Assembly: GCA_046052065.1 (NCBI GenBank)
Contig: JBJOND010000003.1
Span: forward strand, 663 to 64,662
Length of the DNA stretch: 64,000 nt
Source of the DNA: Bacteroidota bacterium
GTDB lineage: Bacteria; Bacteroidota; Bacteroidia; AKYH767-A; OLB10
Direction: 5' to 3'
Of the stretch, positions 58,263 to 64,000 are shown piece after piece; the first letter of the stretch is position 1; every line of letters starts with the position of its first letter. The notes under the pieces were generated by a model. That model did no database searches. It had not been told where the DNA came from and saw only the letters and a program-made list of their open reading frames with translations. Position numbers and translations under genes: made by a program.

Positions 58263-59312
58263 ATGAAAAGAATTAATCTGATATTATGTTCTCTATTATT
58301 GATTGCTCAAATTTCTTTTGGGCAATCAGGTGGACTATCAGCATTTAATTTTTTAAACTTTAATACCAGTTCTCGCGCTGCCGCTTTAGGTGGTAGTGCA
58401 ATTGTGACTCCTGCAGAAGATGTATCCTTGATGGTTTATAATCCTGGGCAGTTATTCCCTACAATCGATAAACAGTTTTCTGTGAGTTTTGTGGGGTATG
58501 CTTCGGATATATCGTATAGCGATTTTGTGTATGCACAAAAGACAAAACGTTTTGGAATGATTGGAGGTTATTTACATAATGCAAATTATGGGACTTTCAA
58601 TCAAACTGATGCTGCTGCAAATGTTATAGGAGAGTTTAAAGCTTCTGATAATGCCATCGGATTAACTTGGTCAAAGCAATTAGATAGTACTTTGAATTTA
58701 GGTGTATCTGTGAAGGGAATATTTTCAAATCTTGGTTTAGGTAATACCTCTAATGCGTTGGCTGCTGATTTCGGAATTAATTATTATTTAGCAAAAAAGA
58801 ATTTTTCAGCAGCCTTTGTGGTGCGTAATGTCGGATCTCAATTGAAAAAGTTTGATGGGGGAGCATCAGAACGATTGCCTCTACAAATTCAATTAGGGGT
58901 TTCAAAGAAACTAACGAATGCGCCTTTCCGTTTTTCCTTAATCGGTCAACAGTTACAGAAGTATGATTTATCGTACCTCAATCCGAATGAAAACGGAATT
59001 GATCCACTAACTGGAGAAGAAAAAGTGCAAACCATCACTGCAGGTAATAAAATCATGCGCCATGTGATTATGAATGTGGAAGTGTTATTTTCTAAGAACT
59101 TTAATCTTCGTTTAGGTTATAATTTTCTTCGTAGAAATGAACTGACATTAACTGAGAAAAAAGGATTGTCTGGATTTTCGATGGGATTAGGATTGAAGAT
59201 TAGTGCGCTTCAGATTTCTTTTGCTAAGACGCTTTACATGCCTTACGAAGGAAGTAATCATATTACTATTTCGAGTAATCTTAGCGACTTTAAAAAGAAG
59301 AGGATTAATTAA
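58263..59312 (+). CDS. porQ: Type IX secretion system outer-membrane protein PorQ
   Basis: Signal peptide, N-terminal GGLSAFNFLNFNTSSRAAALGG motif, beta-barrel-like alternation, and about 350 aa. Confidence 0.7.
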   Translation: MKRINLILCSLLLIAQISFGQSGGLSAFNFLNFNTSSRAAALGGSAIVTPAEDVSLMVYNPGQLFPTIDKQFSVSFVGYASDISYSDFVYAQKTKRFGMIGGYLHNANYGTFNQTDAAANVIGEFKASDNAIGLTWSKQLDSTLNLGVSVKGIFSNLGLGNTSNALAADFGINYYLAKKNFSAAFVVRNVGSQLKKFDGGASERLPLQIQLGVSKKLTNAPFRFSLIGQQLQKYDLSYLNPNENGIDPLTGEEKVQTITAGNKIMRHVIMNVEVLFSKNFNLRLGYNFLRRNELTLTEKKGLSGFSMGLGLKISALQISFAKTLYMPYEGSNHITISSNLSDFKKKRIN

Positions 59313-59766
59313 ATTTCTTCATTACGCGTCCCATCTCTCGTTTAGCTTCTGCTTTCTTTAACGTTTCGCGCTTGTCGAATAATTTCTTACCTCGTGCTAA
59401 GCCTATTCTTAATTTGATAATTCCTCGTTCGTTTTCCTGAATGCTAATTGGAATAATGGTAACACCTTTCTCTCGTAATTTACTCTGGAATTTTGTTAAT
59501 TGATGTCGGTGTAAAAGCAACTTTCGTTCTCTCTTTGCTTCGTGATTAGCATACGACCCATGTTCGTAAGGAGAGATATGTAGGTTTTTAAGCCACAATT
59601 CATCATTTTTAAAATAACAGAAAGAGTCGCTTAAATTGGCTTTGCCCTCACGAATGGCTTTTACTTCAGTACCGGTTAACTGAATACCAGCTTCAACCTC
59701 ATCAGAAATGAAAAAGTTAAAACTCGCTCTGCGGTTAACGATATTGATTTTTTGTTTGATAGCCAC
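59305..59766 (-). CDS. smpB: SsrA-binding protein SmpB
   Basis: NRRASFNFFI..GTEVKAIREGKANL..LLLHRHQ pattern; 153 aa. Confidence 0.93.
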   Translation of the reverse strand: MAIKQKINIVNRRASFNFFISDEVEAGIQLTGTEVKAIREGKANLSDSFCYFKNDELWLKNLHISPYEHGSYANHEAKRERKLLLHRHQLTKFQSKLREKGVTIIPISIQENERGIIKLRIGLARGKKLFDKRETLKKAEAKREMGRVMKKFN

Positions 59767-59783
59767 AGCGCAAAGATAGTTAA

Positions 59784-61661
59784 TCAGCGAACTACCAATA
59801 TAGGAATGGTTAAATTATGTCGCACGGCATCAATGGTAGAACCAAATATTAAATCTTTAATTCCTTTGTGTCCATGGGCACCCATCACCAATAAGTCGAC
59901 ATTGCACTCAATTGCAATTCGTGAAATTTCTTTACGCGGTCGACCATAGCCCATTTTAATTTCGCAGCTATAGCCCCATGCTTCCATTTGCGATTTATAT
60001 TTAGCTAAGTTTTCCTGATCAACTTCTGTTTCATAATCGCCTGCTTCTTTTCCTAGCAACTGTGCATTGGCAGTTTCTGAAATATGAATTAAATAGTAGG
60101 TCGCATTTTTACCTCCTTGTCGTAAGGCCTGCGGAATTACATTCAAGTCTGCATCAGTAAAGTCTAACGCCAAGGCTACCCGTTGAGGATTCATTATGAT
60201 GTTGTCATCAATAACTAAATCTTTCTTATGTGGAAGATTTACAGTTCTGTCAATTTTATCGGTAATTAACGGAGCAATGCTAATGTAAATTAATATCAAA
60301 ACAGAAATTACGACAAACACCAACGATAAAATCACTTTGATATCACCCCAGCCACTCTCTAAAATCCACTGATGTAATTCGTTACCAACCATCTTCAAAT
60401 TGAGCACAACAATTACTAATGCACAAAGCCAAGCAAGTGATTTTACTAATTTAGAAATGACAAATTCTCCCATCTTTTCTTTGTCGCTTACGAAGTGTAT
60501 AAGCGGTATAACTGCAAAACCTAACTGAAGACTTAATATAACTTGTGAAAAGACGAGTAGGGGACCAGTAGCATCTTCGCCTGCAATGTAAATAACAAAT
60601 AATGCTGGTACAATTGCAATAAATCGTGTTATTAACCTTCGTAACCATGGAGCTATTCTTAAATTCAAATAGCCTTCCATTACAATCTGACCTGCGAGTG
60701 TACCTGTAATGGTCGAGCTTTGTCCCGCACAAATCAAAGCAACAGCAAATAAAACTGGAGCTACAGTACTTCCTAATAATGGTGTAAGTAGTAGATGCGC
60801 TTGTCGAATGTCACTCACATCTTTTTGTCCATTCATAAAAAATGCTGTGGCTGCAACGACTAAAATCGACATGTTTACAAAAAAGGCAATGTTCAATGCA
60901 ATGGTGCTATCAAGGAAATTAAATTTTAATGCACGTTTGATTTCTTTAGGGGTACGTTCGATTTTTCTGGTTTGTACGAGTGAAGAATGCAAGTATAAAT
61001 TATGTGGCATAACGGTAGCACCAATAATTGCAATGGCAATGTAAAGTGCACCATCATCAGCAAATCCAGGTATGAATCCTCCCGCAATATTTGATATTTC
61101 AGGATGAGCTATAAAAACCTGTGCAAAAAATGCAAGTCCGATGATTGCAACTAATGTTATAATGAATGCTTCAATTTTTCGTATTCCGTAATGTAAAAGA
61201 AGCAACAAAATAAACGTATCAAATGCGCAAATAATTACTCCCCAAAACAACGGTATATGAAATAATAATTGAAGTCCGATTGCCATTCCTAATACTTCAG
61301 CTAAATCGCAGGCGGCAATAGCTATTTCAGCTAATACATATAAAAAATAGTTGATGTATTTTGGATACAACTCCCTAGATGCCTGGGCAAGATCACGACC
61401 GCGCACTATGCCTAATCGAACACTTAAACTCTGTAAGAGTAATGCCATTAGATTCGATAACAACAATACCCAGATTAATGAGTAGCCATATCTGCTACCT
61501 CCTTCAATGTCGGTAGCCCAGTTACCCGGGTCCATATAACCAACGCTTACTAAATAAGCAGGACCAATAAACGCAAATAGTTTTTTGCGAAAACTCATAC
61601 TTGATTTCACATCAACAGAGCTATGGACTTCTGATAGTGATGCTTTATTTTGAGCTGACAT
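59784..61661 (-). CDS. mntH: Nramp-family divalent metal (Mn2+/Fe2+) transporter fused to a C-terminal universal stress protein (USP) domain
   Basis: GYMDPGNWATDIEGG and MPHNLYLHS Nramp motifs in the first roughly 440 aa. The C-terminal roughly 150 aa carry a USP-like signature ending VDLLVMGAHGHKGIKDLIFGSTIDAVRHNLTIPILVV. Confidence 0.85.
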   Translation of the reverse strand: MSAQNKASLSEVHSSVDVKSSMSFRKKLFAFIGPAYLVSVGYMDPGNWATDIEGGSRYGYSLIWVLLLSNLMALLLQSLSVRLGIVRGRDLAQASRELYPKYINYFLYVLAEIAIAACDLAEVLGMAIGLQLLFHIPLFWGVIICAFDTFILLLLLHYGIRKIEAFIITLVAIIGLAFFAQVFIAHPEISNIAGGFIPGFADDGALYIAIAIIGATVMPHNLYLHSSLVQTRKIERTPKEIKRALKFNFLDSTIALNIAFFVNMSILVVAATAFFMNGQKDVSDIRQAHLLLTPLLGSTVAPVLFAVALICAGQSSTITGTLAGQIVMEGYLNLRIAPWLRRLITRFIAIVPALFVIYIAGEDATGPLLVFSQVILSLQLGFAVIPLIHFVSDKEKMGEFVISKLVKSLAWLCALVIVVLNLKMVGNELHQWILESGWGDIKVILSLVFVVISVLILIYISIAPLITDKIDRTVNLPHKKDLVIDDNIIMNPQRVALALDFTDADLNVIPQALRQGGKNATYYLIHISETANAQLLGKEAGDYETEVDQENLAKYKSQMEAWGYSCEIKMGYGRPRKEISRIAIECNVDLLVMGAHGHKGIKDLIFGSTIDAVRHNLTIPILVVR

Positions 61662-62319
61662 ATTTCTTGATTAATATGTTTTTTGAAACTTCTAGACTTA
61701 AATGAAATTTATCCTTGCTGACTTTCACGAGCATACTTTTATCATAATCCATTATTTCGGCTATGCTTACCGTTACCCCTGGTAATAATCCATATTTCCG
61801 AAGGTGTTTTAAAAACAAGGTGCTATGATCGGTAACACCTGTAATGATATACTTTTCTCCCACTTCTCCTGCTGAAAGATTGAACTTATCATGCGACTCC
61901 ATTTTGCCTGTCTGATCGGGAATAGGATCGCCATGCGGATCAAACTTTGGATGACCAAGAAACGTATCAAGTCGCTTAATTAACTCTTCACTGCTCACAT
62001 GTTCTAACTCCTCTGCCATATGATGCACTTCGTCCCATTCAAAATCCAAGATGTTTGTTAAGAATACTTCCCATAAGCGATGCTTACGAATGATTCCTAA
62101 TGCTACTTTTTCACCCTTGCGCGTAATTTTTACCCCTTTGTATTTTTCATAATTGATCCATTCTTTGTCGGATAACTTACGCAACATGTCTGTCACAGAA
62201 GCCGCAGTTGTTTCCATAGATGTTGCAATGGAAGAGGTGTTTACACTCTTTGTTCCGGTATTCGAAAGGTGATAGATGGCTTTAAGATAATTTTCTTCTG
62301 TTGCAGTTGGCTGGTACAT
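61645..62319 (-). CDS. mntR: DtxR/MntR family metal-dependent transcriptional regulator with a C-terminal FeoA/SH3-like domain
   Basis: TEENYLKAIYHL, winged HTH, HHMAEELEH metal-site region. Overlaps mntH by 17 nt. Confidence 0.8.
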   Translation of the reverse strand: MYQPTATEENYLKAIYHLSNTGTKSVNTSSIATSMETTAASVTDMLRKLSDKEWINYEKYKGVKITRKGEKVALGIIRKHRLWEVFLTNILDFEWDEVHHMAEELEHVSSEELIKRLDTFLGHPKFDPHGDPIPDQTGKMESHDKFNLSAGEVGEKYIITGVTDHSTLFLKHLRKYGLLPGVTVSIAEIMDYDKSMLVKVSKDKFHLSLEVSKNILIKKYVSSK

Positions 62320-62342
62320 TATTTAATTACTCAAATTATAAG

Positions 62343-62358
62343 TTTAGACAAATCTAAA
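62343..62358. promoter_or_regulatory. Candidate operator palindrome TTTAGA-caaa-TCTAAA upstream of mntR-mntH
   Basis: Perfect 6-4-6 inverted repeat 24 nt upstream of the mntR start codon. Confidence 0.3.
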
Positions 62359-62404
62359 AATAGTATTCAAATTATCAAATAAAAAAAATGATTAATCTTG
62401 CAGT

Positions 62405-63415
62405 ATGTATCGCAGTCTGATTCGCCCGCTATTATTTACGATGGATCCTGAAAAGGCCCATCACTTTACTTTTTCTTTAATCAAAAGTTCCTTCAAAATT
62501 CCGGGAGTAAAAAGTCTCGTAAAATTGATTGTAGGAAATACCAGTAAGCCTGTTGTTTGCATGGGTTTAGAATTTCCTAACCCCGTAGGACTTGCAGCGG
62601 GATTTGATAAAGATGCTGTTTTGTTTGAAGAGCTGGGCGCCTTCGGTTTCGGATTTATTGAAGTTGGAACTTTAACACCTAAAGCGCAAGATGGGAATCC
62701 GAAGCCACGTATGTTTCGCTTACCTGCTGATAAAGGACTGATTAACCGAATGGGCTTCAATAATCAGGGAGTTGATGCAGCTGCTTTACGACTAAAAAAC
62801 AGAAAATCGAAACTGATAATCGGAGGTAATATTGGTAAGAATAAAATCACCGCTAATGAAGATGCAAATTCCGACTATCGTTATTGCTTTGAAGCTTTGT
62901 TTCCAGTGGTTGATTATTTTGTGGTGAATGTAAGTTCACCGAATACTCCTGGTTTAAGAGCTTTGCAGGATAAAGAACCACTGACGAAGTTGTTAACAGA
63001 GGTAATGGCTCTAAACAATGCGAAGGCTAATCCCAAACCAGTACTTTTAAAAATAGCTCCCGATTTAACAGATGAGCAAATTGCAGAGATTGTTGAGATT
63101 GTTAAGGCCGTTAAATTGGACGGTGTGATTGCAACCAATACAACAATTAGTCGCGAAGGACTTGCAGCACCAGCCTTAATCACCTCTGAACAAGGTGGTT
63201 TGAGTGGAAAGCCTGTTACCGATAGAAGTACTGCCGTTATCAAGAGATTAAGAGATTTAGCAGGTCCAGAGATGGTAATTATTGGTGTTGGTGGAATTTT
63301 TAATGCGCAAGATGCTAGAGAGAAATTAGCTGCAGGTGCTAATCTATTGCAGGTTTATACAGGATTCATTTACGAAGGGCCTTTTATTGTTAAAAACATC
63401 GTTCGTAATCTGTAG
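62405..63415 (+). CDS. pyrD: Dihydroorotate dehydrogenase (quinone), class 2
   Basis: [10 protein letters not shown] and [11 protein letters not shown] (Ser catalytic base) motifs, with an N-terminal membrane-association segment. Confidence 0.93.
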   Translation: MYRSLIRPLLFTMDPEKAHHFTFSLIKSSFKIPGVKSLVKLIVGNTSKPVVCMGLEFPNPVGLAAGFDKDAVLFEELGAFGFGFIEVGTLTPKAQDGNPKPRMFRLPADKGLINRMGFNNQGVDAAALRLKNRKSKLIIGGNIGKNKITANEDANSDYRYCFEALFPVVDYFVVNVSSPNTPGLRALQDKEPLTKLLTEVMALNNAKANPKPVLLKIAPDLTDEQIAEIVEIVKAVKLDGVIATNTTISREGLAAPALITSEQGGLSGKPVTDRSTAVIKRLRDLAGPEMVIIGVGGIFNAQDAREKLAAGANLLQVYTGFIYEGPFIVKNIVRNL

Positions 63416-63473
63416 ATTTTACTTCTGATTTTTTTTAGGATTCCTTAACTTTGAAGACCTAAAAAATAAGATC

Positions 63474-63971
63474 ATGTTTAAAAGAATTTCAGTTTTTGCA
63501 GTAGTAGCACTATTTGCAGTTTCATGTAATCAATCATCAGATAAAACAACTTCTGAAAATGCTAAAGATTCAACTAAAGTAGAATATTTTGGAGCCAAGA
63601 TTAAAGATGAGAATGCATTGCCAATTGACTCTGTCGTTTCAATGCTTAAAAATTCTCCTCAGGATATAGCATCAGTTAAAGCAACAGGTAAAATTGATGC
63701 TGTTTGTAAAAACAAAGGATGTTGGATGACTATCGCAAATAGTGTTGGTGAGCCAATCAGAATTACTTTCAAAGATTACGGATTTTTTGTTCCGATGGAT
63801 TGCGATGGTAAAACAGCCGTTTTTGAAGGAAGAGCATATCACGACACTGTTTCAGTGGCTATGTTGAAGGAGTATGCAAAGGATGATGGGAAATCGAAAG
63901 AGGAAATCGAAAAAATTACTGAGCCAGAAATTAGTTTAGGTTTCGAGGCAACAGGAGTTATCATCAAGTAA
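63474..63971 (+). CDS. DUF4920 domain lipoprotein
   Basis: Lipobox FAVSC, and the CKNKGCWM motif characteristic of DUF4920. Confidence 0.6.
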   Translation: MFKRISVFAVVALFAVSCNQSSDKTTSENAKDSTKVEYFGAKIKDENALPIDSVVSMLKNSPQDIASVKATGKIDAVCKNKGCWMTIANSVGEPIRITFKDYGFFVPMDCDGKTAVFEGRAYHDTVSVAMLKEYAKDDGKSKEEIEKITEPEISLGFEATGVIIK

Positions 63972-64000
63972 TTTTTAACCAATTAATTTTTCGAAATGAA

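Overview
This window is a low-GC Bacteroidota chromosome segment. The assignment rests on type A and type B T9SS C-terminal sorting domains, a PorQ gene, TAnnTTTG-type -7 promoter boxes and the absence of Shine-Dalgarno sites. About 95% of it is ordinary, densely packed housekeeping DNA. This includes a System I cytochrome c maturation cluster (ccmBC-D-E-F), a copper P-type ATPase, tRNA-His, gap, two RpoD-like sigma factors, htrA, dapF, mltG, rpe, pnp, rpsO, accD, class I aldolase, lepB, dapB, trxB, a MoxR ATPase, three SurA/PpiC chaperone genes, guaB, an M16 peptidase pair, glyA, porQ, smpB, an mntR-mntH operon and pyrD. A 2665-aa gliding-type adhesin contains four near-identical 570-bp in-frame repeats. 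The only accessory-looking stretch is nt 1-3384. It starts with a GC-rich structured element ending in a terminator. A roughly 822-bp unit then follows in tandem; it encodes a 157-aa membrane-hairpin protein plus a 67-aa charged coiled-coil protein. Each unit is preceded by a 75-nt leader carrying an invariant 8-3-8 palindrome. A third copy of that leader precedes a small lipoprotein gene and a stand-alone SIR2_2-like (defence-type NADase-like) gene. I propose this leader-linked gene set as the candidate undescribed system. That proposal rests on motifs read by eye and on gene context, not on database searches. No CRISPR array, transposase, integrase or rRNA was seen.
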